Part shown: piece by piece, positions 1-12,995 of the stretch
Numbering within the stretch: position 1 is the stretch's first letter
Layout of the letters: every line of letters starts with the position of its first letter
Source: Felis catus
Lineage: Eukaryota
Length of the DNA stretch: 64,000 nt
Reading direction: 5' to 3'
Assembly: GCF_018350175.1 (NCBI RefSeq)
Contig: NC_058368.1
Location: forward strand, 164,922,001-164,986,000
Notes under the pieces: model-generated
Database searches by the model: none
What the model was told of the DNA's origin: nothing
What the model saw: the letters and a program-made list of their open reading frames with translations, nothing else
Made by a program: the position numbers and the translations under genes

Positions 1-1010
1 ACACTGTTGCTGTTAAGAGTCCAAAGGGGAGACTGTATTCCTAATGATCCCTGGAACAGATTTGCGCTATGGAAAGTGTGATATATCTGTAAAAGTAATT
101 TGTGTCTTTTTTGTTCATCTGAAGTTCTGTAACAAGATTTAAGAATTCCTTGTAGTTTTTTTTTTTTCTTATTGACCTTATATCTGTTTTATCTATAAGT
201 ATATAAATTACTCTGTGTGGTGAGTAATTTTAAAAAATATAGGCTTTGAGTAAACACATTTAAAATTAATAGAAAATTTCTTGAAAAATAAATGGGGAAT
301 TTTAGCCCAAATATGACACTGTGTGTGATAGATATTTCAGGCAGTAAATTTGAAAGCAAAGCCTATTTCTTAGGAGAATCAAAACATTATTGTATTTGTT
401 TGGGTCCTCTGGAAACCAGATAGCAGGATGTGATCATGTGTGCATTTTTATCCATAATATTTCTGTGTATTGACCAATTCTAAGATGCAGTGAAATAGTC
501 TTTCCTTTTTATATATTGGTTTCTTAACCATCCCTTAAAAATGATCTATAGGTCCCCTAATATAGTTAGCAAAACAAATTGTGTAGAATGCCAATTTTTG
601 ATATTTTTGGTTCATGGCACAGAATTGTAGTAAGCAATGAATCCAAATTATGAAACACTGTCCCAACCATTTTTGCTAATATATTTAACAGTTAGGGATT
701 TATCAAATGTATGCTTTATTCCAAACAAAACAAGGATTATGGAAATGCACAGTTAAATAGTCAAATGTTTATTTAAAGATGATTTCTTGAATCTCCTTTA
801 AATAGAGAACAATTATACTTAAATTGTTATTCTTCCTTTCTTTCTATAAACCTCCTCATTTTCGTTTTGAATTTGTAATTATGTGGGATATTATCATACT
901 AAAGGAAACACTGTGGAACATTACACAAAGCTTTCGAGTTAAAAATCAAAGCTAAATTTCTTTATTTTTATTATCCTTTTTTAGCAAAAAACTTTTACGG
1001 TCATTGTTTA

Positions 1011-1051
1011 TAATAGGACTCACAGTCTTATAATAAGACACACAGTCTTAT
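1011..1051. repeat. 20-bp tandem duplication
   Basis: taataggactcacagtctta is followed directly by taataagacacacagtctta (2 mismatches). Confidence 0.8.
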
Positions 1052-3146
1052 CATTCTTAGATGGTTGAGCATTTATTACTTGACAGTTTTCATTTTCTTT
1101 GCTGTTTTGTTTATGTCATTAGTAGAGGTCAAAATCATGACTTCATTGAGAGAATCCACCAGCCCCCTGAGCCAAACTTTTAAATGGCTTATGTTAAAAT
1201 CCCGTGCACTTTTTTTCATGAACTCTTAGGAGTTAGTAAATCTTTAAGTTCATCACAGGCTGCTGAACTCCAGCCTCTAAATGTCTCACTTTGTGCCCTT
1301 TGCAAATTTCTGGTCCAATCAGTAGTGACAAGGAAGGTCAGGGTCACTTGACACAAAGCATGGAGACACAGGTACAAGTTTATGTTCATATTTCTCTGGC
1401 AAATTAACTCCTGGGGTGATGGCATTTAGACAGCCATGAACTGGCTACTCAAAAGCCCAAAAAGTAACAATTCTTTTTTTCTGACTTTGATACAAAATGT
1501 TTTTTCCATTGCTTGTCCCATGAGCTTTTTATCTAATTTATTTATTATATTTTCTTGGGCCCTCTGCTCACTTTATTACCGGCACTATTTCTGACTCATT
1601 TAGGATTTCCCAAATCTGCCCTCAGATCACAATACATGCTCCACAGCTCTTCTTCTTCAGCTCTGTGGATCTACCCATATCGGTCTAAGTTTAGGTTGTT
1701 TAAACATGATGCAACTCTCAGAGATAAGGTCCTATTACAAACCCTGTTAAGCTAGCCTAAATTAATTTGTAGCACTAGGTGCTGAGAAACCAAAGTGTGA
1801 GGCTTACATCTGTGGCTCTCTGAGCAACTATTTTTCTGAATGACTGCCTAATTTTGTTTAAAGTAAAAAAGTTTATCTAGGTTCTTTCTGGACCATTTAG
1901 ATTTTCTAATTTCTGTAAGAACTGTGGCCAAAACTTACACAAGGATAGCAACTTCTTTAAATTCCACTGTCCATTAAAATCTTGTTCAATGTCTGTTTTT
2001 GCTGTCAAACAATTTATTATACTTAAACACTGTGTCAAGAATTAATTTAGAATGAACATAATTCATTTTGATTTCAGATGACATACATGCTTTCTGTGTA
2101 TTGCACAACTTGTTTCTAAGTTGCAAGTTGTACTAAACTTGAATAAGATCAGTATTTTAGCCTATTAGGCCCTCCCCGTATTTTCAGATATTTGCCACCA
2201 ATCAATAAATTTCAAATACTTTTTCATACTCCACAAAGTGTTAACATGCTAATATATTCAGTCTATCCTTGTCTTTCAGATGTCCTAGCATTTTAAAGTA
2301 CCTAAGACAGTATTTTCATCTTAAAGTCTTTACACAGGATTTTATTTCCAATACCTCTTTTATACATTGCCAATATCCGTAAGTATTTAAAAGTGAGTTC
2401 CTTCTATCTCCTTTATAAGCATGCCAAAGAATATCCTAGAAACAATATGAATAGTCTAATACTCTGTAGGTCTTTGAATTCTATAGCACTGATTTCTTCT
2501 TTAAAAATTCTCTCCATATGCTTCTCCATGAAATGTTACACAGTACCGAAATATTTATTTTCATATTCAGTTCAGAAAGGGTATCCAAGTAATATCTATT
2601 ATGTAAATTTGACAGTAATCATAATTAAAATCTATTAATCACTCTACTTTTTATACAGTGCTTTCAAATAAATCACATCAGTAAAGTAAGCAATTGTACC
2701 ATTTTTCATTTTAAGAAGAGATACAAGGGGTGAAATGAATTGTTCCAGGCTGTGTAACTAGAAACTAACAGACCCAAGCTCAAGATCTCTACTTTCAAAT
2801 CATCCTACCAGACTGATCCAATTTCCCAATGTTGAACTTAGCAATAAATCATAATTAGAAAGACAGTACTTTATGGATTACTTTGTGATTTGGTGATGCC
2901 CTAAATCACTTAATAATTTTACAATGATACATGCAAAGCAACAGAGAGAGAATGTGATCCCTGAGACCCCACCATGATGAATGGTATAATGAAAATCATA
3001 TGATATTTATACTCTGTTCAAGTATGCAGCAGTTGATGAAATAAAAGTTGCCCACATATCCGGTTGGACACCAAGTTTAATTAATTCAATTTTTTTCTAG
3101 CTCATCCCATCTGATGAAAAGATAACAGGCCCAAGATGGAGTCACT

Positions 3147-3304
3147 TGTGTTAAGCCCCACATCACCAAACTGAGCCTTAACTTAATTACAGTTTTGGCC
3201 TCTCAGAAATGGAATCATAAACCAATGTGTTAAGCCCACATCACCAAACTGAGCCTTAACTTAATTACAGTTTTGGCCTCTCAGAAATGGAATCATAAAC
3301 CAAT
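3147..3304. repeat. 79-bp tandem duplication within the LTR U3 region
   Basis: tgtgttaagcc(c)cacatcaccaaactgagcc...ggaatcataaaccaat starts at 3147 and again at 3226. The copies are identical apart from a 1-nt indel. Confidence 0.95.
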
Positions 3305-3464
3305 CACCTGGTTAGCAGTAGTGAGGTAATCTGCTTGATAGACTCTGCAGTCCCCTAGGGGAAAGTGACCTTGCCACATTGAATCCGCTTTTTTACTAGT
3401 ATAACTTCCTTGTGCCACTCCCTCCTGGCTGTAAAAGTCTTTTACTTTGTACAGCTCCTGATAG

Positions 3465-3765
3465 TGTGCTAGAGCCCCTCCCTAAGGAATGTGGTGAAAA
3501 CCTCAAGACAAGGGAAGGCAATCTGGCTATGTATGCATGCGCGATCTTCCTCTTGACTCTGTAACACAGACTGCCCATTCAGACTGTATGTTACCGTATA
3601 TGGGAGACAAAGGAGCAAAAATTGTACAAAAGGCAACCCCCTACTGCCCTCGGGGCTCAGCCTTTTGGGTCTTAGCCCTCTAAGCCCTTGTGGGCACGAA
3701 TAAAGGTGCTTCCTAGAAAGAAAAGCCTCGGTGTCCTGACTCTCTGTGTGTGTTTCACTGCTACA
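3465..3765 (+). mobile_element. Second solo LTR nested inside the first
   Basis: TG...CA ends (tgtgct...ctgctaca) and its own AATAAA at 3699-3704. The host LTR sequence (gtacagctcc / gcagctcctttttatc) resumes on either side. Confidence 0.65.
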
Positions 3766-6700
3766 GCAGCTCCTTTTTATCTCTTCTATAGAAAACTGCC
3801 CAATTCATGAATCCTTGAATAAACCCAAGAAGATATTTAAATTTTGGTTTTTAACACATTGGGAATAAGAAAAGCAAATGAAACCCTTGACCCCTCCTCT
3901 GCCTCTCTCTATGACTCAACCATTTTTATCTTATGTAGGTGCCTATTTACTTGCTTTTTGTTGTTGTTGTATATTCCTACTAAAATAGAAAGTTAATAAG
4001 GATATAATACCTGACAGGAGAAGCTCAATAAATATTTTGTTAATATGTCAATAAAGAGATGTTTCATGGATCCCAGAGTCATCATTTTTGTAATAATTCC
4101 ATTTGTGTTGATAGTCAAGTATGAGAGTTTGTAATGCCAGAGTGCATTATCTTTTGAAGATATAGATCCTCCACTGATAATCTTTTAAAGGTAGGCTAGA
4201 GTATCACAGAGGAATTTGATTATTCTAGTCCAAACAGATAATTTAAGAATGTCTTATCCTTTGTCTTTCCTCTTTGAGAAATATTTTTGTTAGGTGCCTT
4301 TGGTTAAAACTTGCTATTCACGTAAATTAAGTCTGCAAAAGATAAAAAGGAATGCAGTTAACTAAATTAAAAACAAACAAACAAAAAAACCCTTTAAAGT
4401 ACTTCAGAGGTACCTGTTGACATGCAGAAAACTATTACTGCTAATTATAAATATTTGTATAATAATGAGCGTTTACTCTTCTCTCATTGTCTACAGGGTA
4501 ACTCAAAGCAACACCGTTGTAGCCTACATGAAAGCAAAGGTATGATTCTAGCTTATATTTATATGAAATCTGAGTTTGGAAAGTTAGATAAAATAAATAT
4601 GTATTATTCTAGTGCCAAACCAGTACTGATTAAGAAATTTTATATCTAGAATATTAAGATATCTTGACTCCTCTTGTTGATAACACATAATATCACACCA
4701 TTTAAAGATCAGTATCTTAAGGGAGTTAATTAGAATATAAATATGCTGAATTAAATATAGGCTCTTCATTCTGCTACCCTCACTATAATCTAATTAGGAA
4801 AAATTGTCCAAGACTTAGGATAGAATCCCAGTACACTTTGGGACACATTCTTTATTTATATTGACAAAACTTTTACAGCTTTATTGAATGCCTGCCTCTC
4901 TGCGTAAAGTCCTAACTGCAAAACAACTTTGAATAATTAATAAGTGGGTACAGGGTTACATTGGCCAGTATCAAGGACTTATCATATCTGTGGACTTTTC
5001 AGTATCCTCAACAGACAAAATCCAACCAAAAGATCAGTCAGAGTCTTCTGACTGAAAGACAGGTTAGTCTTTAAACTTTGCTAAATCATGTGAGGAGGAT
5101 TAGTTGAGATCAATTGTCGTGAACAATCTACGACAAGTTTATGACATTGTCTAGATTTAATGAATTTTCCTCTTTTCAGGGATGGAATTTTTAGCTCTTT
5201 GAATTTTTAGATTCCTAGATTATTGGTTTTCATGCAGACCCCTATTACTTGTGATTCCCGCTCCCCCCCCTTCTACCTTTCTCTGTTAATGTTTCAGTTT
5301 TCGTAAATGATGGTTGACAAATAGGTGATTATGATACCACTTGCCTTACATAAGTTGAGGACAAAATGAAAGCACTTTTAATTAATATTTTTACAAACAA
5401 ACACACTTTTTAAAAATTCTATCATCTTCCATGTTCTCTTGTTCTTTCTGGCTTTCAGTCAGGATTACCACTCCATCCAGTAGCCATTTACTAGTGTCCA
5501 CAAGCTCTCCTTGCACCAATGTTGGAAGTGCAGTCTTCTCCCTGTGTGTTTCATAAATCTCCATGGAATAATTTCCTGTTCAAAGCTATCCTGATCTGGC
5601 TTAGCACCTTGAACTCTAGCCACACTGACCTCAAATAGCATGCTGTTGGTTTCTTTAAACTGCTCACCCCAATTGTAAACAGAGCTCCTTGTTTATTTCC
5701 CTAAATGTCAGAATATGGTGTTGAAGAAAGCTTTACCTGAAGGGCCAGCAAGAAAAAAAGGTAAAAATAATAGTATATCATTGCTCTAGAAGCAGCCTCC
5801 ATAGCTTTCCACAAATGTTCTTTATTAGCCAGTTTTTCTATAGCACATACATGTTTTGCACATGAGGAAGTCCAGTCTGAGGAGGAAAAATCATTTGACA
5901 TCATAATAATCTTCAACTAGGGAGTTGAAATACTTTTACATATTATGCAGATTCATTCCCCTAATCTGACTCAAACTCTGCTCAAACTCAGAAAGGAACA
6001 TAGAACTGTCTTGTATAAGCACTGTGTCCAGTAAAGTGTGTTCCCCAAACAATAAGATTCTCAAAGGAGAATGCTGCCTTTGTTGAAAAGGCATTTTTTC
6101 CAACTATACCGGTATCTGTCAGTGTAAATGAAGATTCATTCAAATTTTAAAGACATTAAATTATAATACTACCATAAAATGATAGCAAATAAAAATGATG
6201 ACATAAGTTCTCACCAAAATATCTACTTTAAAAAAGGTAATTGAAAGTATTTCAGTGACTTCTCCTCTCTCTTCAGAAAATGTTTACTGAGTGAATGTTT
6301 AACGTAAAAAGCATTTTCTCTTTTTGTTTCACTTTTGGAGTCAATTATTTCTCAACATGAGGTAAAACGGTTACAGCCCAATCAGAGAAACTTAAGAGCC
6401 AGAAATAATCATGATCTTATTTATTAGTTAAATTACAATCAAATAAATATAGAAGTAAAGCAATGCTACTATGAGGAAATAGGCATATTTACAGAAATTG
6501 TCTTCAAGAGGATTATGGAGGTCTTGTTGCATTGGAATAAAAGGAATCTTGTCTTTGCTTTGGACTGTCTAAACTAAACCCTCCTCTTGACTCCATTTGT
6601 TGCAAAGTATCCCAAGTGGATTTATTCTATGGTAAAGAGTTGAACACAAAGAAACTACTGAAAAAAAAGGCTTTTACAACCCAGCTATTGAGATCTACCT

Positions 6701-6931
6701 TTTTGTTCTGAGCCGGAAGTCTATTGAATGCATGCACAGAAGTGCTTTGTTTTCAACCTGCTCAAGGTGGTGTAGTCTAATGATTTGTTTTCAAATTAAG
6801 TGCTTATGAAGAGAAATGGACAGGCACCCTTAACAGTCCTCAGATGAAAGCAAATACCACACCAGATAAAGCATAAACATTGTACTGACTGGAAATCATA
6901 AGAATGAACAGCAAGGAATTGAGAAACTTTT

Positions 6932-7155
6932 ATATATATATATGTATTTTAACATTTACTTGTTTTGGGGAGACAGAGGGACAGAGCACGAGTGGGGGAT
7001 GGGCAGGGAGCGAGAGGGAAACACAGAATCCAAAGCAGGCTCCAGGCTCTGAGCTATCAGCACAGACCCCAACACGGGGCTGGAACCCAGGAACAGTGAG
7101 TTCATGATCTGACCTGAAGCCAGAAGCTTAACAGACTGAGCCACCCAGGCACCCC
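6932..7155 (-). mobile_element. CanSINE (felid)
   Basis: Reverse tRNA-derived head GGGGTGCCTGGGTGGCTCAG, CT-rich segment and A-rich tail. Degenerate TSD gagaaacttt/gagacacttt. Confidence 0.95.
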
Positions 7156-7532
7156 GAGACACTTTATTTTTAATTCAGTGTATAAAATGTTTGGTCATGG
7201 AATCAAATTCATTAAACACTTCTCAATTTGTATTAAATTATAAATATACCTGTTGCAAAATTGGTCTTCTATTTAATTAAAAATCTCCATTTCAGGCCAA
7301 AGAGTAACTGGTCCTAAATAATGCTATTAATTGAACACACTTGAGGAATTCCTTTAACATACTTCACCTTGGTCATTACATTATAAAATTGGCCAGACCT
7401 AGAAGTTATTAGTCATCCTCTCAACAAATGATTTCTGAAGGTCTGCTTTGGGATAGGCACAGTGAGGTGGCTAGCTTACTGAAAACTTAAAAGATAAATA
7501 AGAACCTATATTTGTCATTATGTGAATTATTA

Positions 7533-7891
7533 TGTGAAGTACATTAACCTGGATAGTAAAATTAAAGAAAGAAGACTTTATTCAAGAATATTACAAGAGG
7601 GAGACAGGCTAGAACATAATCTGAGCTCAACTCTACTGAAAAAAAGACTGCAGAATTTTTAAGAGTTATGGTGGGGGAAGGTAGGCCTCCTGTGTTGCTA
7701 ACTGCACTTACTCAACACTGGCAAGAAGCTTTAAAAAAGATTTTTGAGATTACATTTCAAAGGGGCAGGGAAAGAATTTACAAGTTGCTAAGGTAAATCG
7801 TCTAAGAAAAGGAAGGTCAGGGCCTAGGGTCAGGAAGAAACCTAAATAAAGTTTAGTTCAAGCTAAAGGGAACATTAATGTCATCTTGGTT
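7533..7891 (-). mobile_element. Degraded LTR relic (ERV1-like)
   Basis: TG start, TTTATT near the left end, resemblance to recalled carnivore LTRs. Family uncertain. Confidence 0.45.
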
Positions 7892-7977
7892 GGTGGAGAG
7901 AAAATAAAAATGGATTCTTTCTAAACTGAACATAAATGATTAATGCAAATCACATAGATAATTTTAGTTAAAGAATT

Positions 7978-8300
7978 TGTGGTCAAACTGATGCAGTTTG
8001 GGAATGGTGGTGGGCGTGTGGGACCAAAGGCCAAGAAAGAATTCTTAAGATATCTTTTGTACAAAAAAGGTGATTTTATTAAACCATGGGGACCCATGGT
8101 CCCCCTCAGAGCTGCCCTGAGATTATGAGAGACTAATTATATACTTGGGATTTGGGGGAGGTAAAGGCAAAGGGAAGTTTCCGAAAAGATTTTTATTTGC
8201 TAAAGAAGGCTCACAGGATCCTGCAGGCCTAGCTATTTTCAAGCTAAGGTCGTTTCTTCCTCCAGTAGAGCATTAAGATTAAGACAGTAGAGAGTTCCAT
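7978..8300 (-). mobile_element. Partial carnivore ERV1 LTR, truncated at the adjacent SINE
   Basis: aaagaattcttaagatatcttttgtacaaaaaaggtgattttattaaa resembles a recalled carnivore LTR in antisense, with the poly(A) signal seen as TTTATT. Confidence 0.6.
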
Positions 8301-8463
8301 GGGGCGCCTGAGTGGATCAGTTGGTTGAGTGTCCATCTTTGGCTCAGGTCATGATCTCACAGATTGTGGGTTGAGCCCCGTGTTGGGCTCTGTGCTGACA
8401 GCTCAGAGCCTGGAACCTGCTTTGGATTCTGTGTCTCCCTCTCTCTTCCTCTGCCCCTCCCCA

Positions 8464-8527
<64 letters not shown>

Positions 8528-8560
8528 TCTCTAAAATAAATAAACATTAAAAAATTAAAA
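8301..8560 (+). mobile_element. CanSINE with expanded (CT)n
   Basis: GGGGCGCCTGAGTGG head, long (CT)n at ~8470-8532, AATAAA-rich tail. No TSD visible. Confidence 0.95.
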
Positions 8561-8937
8561 TGAACATTTATATCACATATATCACACCACAAATGTATAT
8601 ACACTGCACAAAACTCATTCAGCATATTATGATGCTTCAGTTCAGTATAGTGCTGCAGACTGGTCACCTAATCCATTGAAAACACTTACAATTTATCTAC
8701 TTTTTTTTTTTCAATATATGAAATTTATTGTCAACTTGGTTTCCATACAACACCCAGTGCTCATCCCAAAAAGTGCCCTCCTCAATACCCATCACCCACC
8801 CTCCCCTCCCTCCCACCCCCCATCAACCCTCAGTTTGTTCTCAGTTTTTAACAGTCTCTTATGCTTTGGCTCTCTCCCACTCTAACCTCTTTTTTTTTTT
8901 TTTCCTTCCCCTCCCCCATGGGTTTCTGTTAAGTTTC

Positions 8938-11900
8938 TCAGGATCCACATAAGAGTGAAAACATATGGTATCTGTCTTTCTCTGTATGGCTTATTTCACT
9001 TAGCATCACACTCTCCAGTTCCATCCACGTTGCTACAAAGGGCCATATTTCATTCTTTCTCATTGCCACATAGTACTCCATTGTGTGTATAAACCACAAT
9101 TTCTTTATCCATTCATCAGTTGATGGACATTTACGCTCTTTCCATAATTTGGCTATTGTTGAGAGTGCTGCTATAAACATTGGGGTACAAGTGCCCCTAT
9201 GCATCAGTACTCCTGTATCCCTTGGGTAAATTCCCAGCAGTGCTATTGGTGGGTCATAGGGTAGGTCTATTTTTGATTTTCTCAGGAACCTCCACACTGT
9301 TTTCCAGAGTGGCTGCACCAATTTGCATTCCCACCAACAGTGCAAGAGGGTTCCCTTTTCTCCACATCCTCTCCAGCATCTATAGTCTCCTAATTTGTTC
9401 ATTTTGGCCACTCTCACCGGCATGAGGTGATATCTGAGTGTGGTTTTGATTTGTATTTCCCTGATGAGGAGTGACATTGAGCATCTTTTGACGTGCCTGT
9501 TGGCCGTCTGGATGTCTTCTTTAGAGAAGTGTCTATTCATGTTTTCTGCCCATTTCTTCACTGGGTTATTTGTTTTTCGGGTGTGGAGTTTGGTGAGCTC
9601 TTTATAGATTTTGGATACTAGCCCTTTGTCCGATATGTCATTTGCGAATATCTTTTCCCATTCCGTTGGTTGCCTTTTAGTTTTGTTGGTTGGTTCCTTT
9701 GCTGTGCAGAAGCTTTTTATCTTCATAAGGTCCCAGGAATTGATTTTTGCTTTTAATTCCCTTGCCTTTGGGGATGTGTCTAGTAAGAGATTGCTACGGC
9801 TGAGGTCAGAGAGGTCTTTTCCTGCTTTCTCCTCTAGGGATTTGATGGTTTCCTGTCTCACATTCAGGCCCTTTATCCATTTTGAGTTTATTTTTGTGAA
9901 TGGTGTGAGAAAGTGGTCTAGTCTCAACCTTCTGCATGTTGCTGTCCAGTTCTCCCAGCACCATTTGTTAAAGAGACTGTCCTTTTTCCATTGGATGTTC
10001 TTTCCTGCTTTGTCAAAGATTAGTTGGCCATATGTTTGTGGGTCTAGTTCTGGTGTTTCTATTCTATTCCATTGGTCTATGTGTCTGTTTTTGTGCCAAT
10101 ACCATGCTGTCTTGATGATGACAGCTTTGTAGGAGAGGCTAAAGTCTGGGATTGTGATGCCTCCTGCTTTGGTCTTCTTCTTCAAAATTCCTTTGGCTAT
10201 TCAGGCCTTTTGTGGTTCCATATGAATTTTAGGATTGCTTGTTCTAGTTTTGAGAAGAATGCTGGTGCAATTTTGATTGGGATTGCATTGAACGTGTAGA
10301 TAGCTTTGGGTAGTGTTGACATTTTGACAATATTTATTTTTCCAATCCATGAGCATGGAATGTTTTTCCATTTCTTTAAATCTTCTTCAATTACCTTCGT
10401 AAGCTTTCTATAGTTTTCAGCATACAGATCTTTTACATCTTTGGTTAGATTTATTCCTAGGTATTTTATGCTTCTTGGTGCAATTGTGAATGGGATCAGT
10501 TTCTTTATTTGTCTTTCTGTTGCTTCATTTTAGTGTATAAGATGCAACTGATTTGTGTACATTGATTTTGTATCCTGCAACTTGGCTGAATTCATGTATC
10601 AGTTCTAGCAGACTTTTGGTGGAGTGTATCAGATTTTCCATGTACAGTATCATGTCATCTGCAAAAAGTGAAAGCTTACCTAAATCTTTGCCAATTTTGA
10701 TGCCTTTGATTTCCTTTTGTTGTCTGATTGCTGATGCTAGAACTTCCAACACTATGTTAAACAACAGTGGTGCGAGTGGGCATCCTTGTCGTGTTCCTGA
10801 TCTCAGGGAAAAAGCTCTCAGTTTTTCCCCATTAAGGATGATGTTAGCTGTGGGCTTTTCATGAATGGCTTTTATGATGTTTAAGTATGTTCCTTCTATC
10901 CCGACTTTCTCAAGGGTTTTTATTAAGAAAGGGTGATGAATTTTGTCAAAGGCCTTTTCTGCATCGATTGACAGGATCATATGGTTCTTCTCTTTTTTTT
11001 GGTTAATGTGATGTATCACGTTGATTGGTTTGCGAATGTTGAGCCAGCCCTGCATCCCAGGAATGAATCCCACTTGATCATGGTGAATAATTTTTTTTTT
11101 ATATGCTGTTGAATTCAATTTCCTAGTATCTTACTGAGAATTTTTGCATCCATATGCATCAGGGATATTGGCCTGTAGTTCTCTGTTTTTACTGGGTCTC
11201 TGTCTGGTTTAGGAATCAAAGTAATACTGGTTTCATAGAATGAGTCTGGAAGTTTTCCTTCCCTTTCTATTTCTTGGAATAGCTTGAGAAGGATAGGTAT
11301 TATCTCTGCTTTAAACGTCTGGTAGAACTCCCCTGGGAAGCCATCTGGTCCTGGACTCTTATTTGTTGGGAGATTTTTGATAACCGATTCAATTTCTTTG
11401 CTGGTTGTGGGTCTGTTCAAGCTTTCTATTTCCTGCTGATTGAGTTTTGGAAGGGTGTGGGTGTTTAGGAATTTTTCCATTTCTTCCAGGTTGTCCAGTT
11501 TGTTGGCATTTAATTTTTCATAGTATTCCCTGATAATTGTTTGTATCTGTGGGGGATTGGTTGTAATAATTCCATTTTCATTCATGATTTTATCTATTTG
11601 GGTCATCTCCCTTTTCTTTTTGAGAAGCCTGGCTAGAGGTTTATCAATTTTGTTTATTTTTTCAAAAAACCAACTCTTGGTTTCATTGATCTGCTCTACA
11701 GTTTTTCTAGATTCTATATTGTTCATTTCTGCTCTGATCTTTATGATTTCTCTTCTTCTGCTGGGTTTAGGCTGCCTTTGCTGTTCTGCTTCTAGTTCCT
11801 TTAGGTGTGCTGTTAGATTTTGTATTTGGGATTTTTCTTGTTTCTTGAGATAGGCCTGGATTGCAATGTATTTTCCTCTCAGGACTGCCTTCGCTGCATC

Positions 11901-12761
11901 CCAAAGCGTTTGGATTGTTGTATTTCCATTTTTGTTTGTTTCCATATATTTTTTTATTTCTTCTCTAATTGCCTGGTTGACCCACTCATTCGTTAGTAGG
12001 GTGTTCTTTAGCCTCCATGCTTTTGGAGGTTTTCCAGACTTTTTCCTGTGGTTGATTTCAAGCTTCATAGCATTGTGGTCTGAAAGTATGCATGGTATAA
12101 TTTCAATTCTTGTATACTTATGAAGGGCTGTTTCGTGACCCAGTATATGATCTATCTTGGAGAATGTTCCATGTGCACTCGAGAAGAAAGTATATTCTGT
12201 TGCTTTGGGATGCAGAGTTCTAAATATATCTGTCAAGTCCATCTGATCCAATGTCTCATTCAGGGCCCTTGTTTCTTTATTGACCGTGTGTCTAGATGAT
12301 CTATCCATTTCTGTAAGTGGTGTGTTAAATTCCCCTGCAATTACCACATTCTTATCAATAAGGTTGCTTATGTTTATGAGTAATTGTTTTATATATTTGG
12401 GGACTCCTGTATTCGGTGCATAGACATTTATAACTGTTAGCTCTTCCTGATGGATAGACTCTGTAATTATTATATAATGCCCTTCTTCATCTCTTGTTAC
12501 AGCCTTTAATTTAAAGTCTAGTTTGTCTGATATAAGTATGGCTACTCCAGCTTTCTTTTGGCTTTCAGTAGCATGATAAATAGTTCTCCATCCTCTCACT
12601 CTCAATCTAAAGGTGTCCTCAGGTCTAAAATGAGTCTCTTGTACACAGCAAATAGATGGGTCTTGTGTTTTTATCCATTCTGATACCCTATGTCTTTTGG
12701 TTGGCGCATTTAATCCATTTATATTCAGTGTTATTATAGAAAGATACGGGTTTAGAGTCAT
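8938..12761 (-). pseudogene. L1 ORF2 (APE endonuclease, reverse transcriptase, CCHC domain), disrupted
   Basis: Starts [18 protein letters not shown] motifs QETH, VYAP, SDHN; RT motif FADD; C-terminal [18 protein letters not shown]. Premature TGA at 11115-11117 and frameshifts near 11095, ~10540 and ~10200. Confidence 0.97.
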
Positions 12762-12811
12762 TGTGATGTCTGTAGGTTTCATGCTTGTAGCGATGTCTCT
12801 GGTACTTCGTC

Positions 12812-12995
12812 TCACAGGATCCCCCTTAGGATCTCTTGTAGGGCTGGTTTAGTGGTGATGAATTCCTTCAGTTTTTGTATTTTTGGGAAGACCTTTATCT
12901 CTCCTCCTATTCTAAATGACAGACTTACTGGATAAAGGATTCTCGGCTGCAGATTTTTTCTGTTCATCACATTGAAGATCTCGTGCCAATCCTTT
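12812..12995 (-). pseudogene. L1 ORF1 C-terminal remnant
   Basis: Translates to [60 protein letters not shown], a typical ORF1p C-terminal domain. Confidence 0.93.

Larger units (their letters stand above)
3112..3856 (+). mobile_element. Solo ERV1-class LTR (carnivore type), interrupted by a nested LTR
   Basis: TG...CA termini (tgatgaaaa...ttaaca), near-matching 4-bp TSD catc/catt, AATAAA near 3818. Resembles recalled carnivore ERV1 LTRs (aacaggcccaaaatggagtcactt...). Confidence 0.75.

Noticed and set aside
9180..12123. Plus-strand ORFs of 75-173 aa
   Set aside because: Antisense shadows of L1 ORF2, typical of its codon bias.
8938..12815. L1 as an active autonomous element
   Set aside because: ORF2 has a nonsense codon and several frameshifts; ORF1 and most of the internal promoter are missing.
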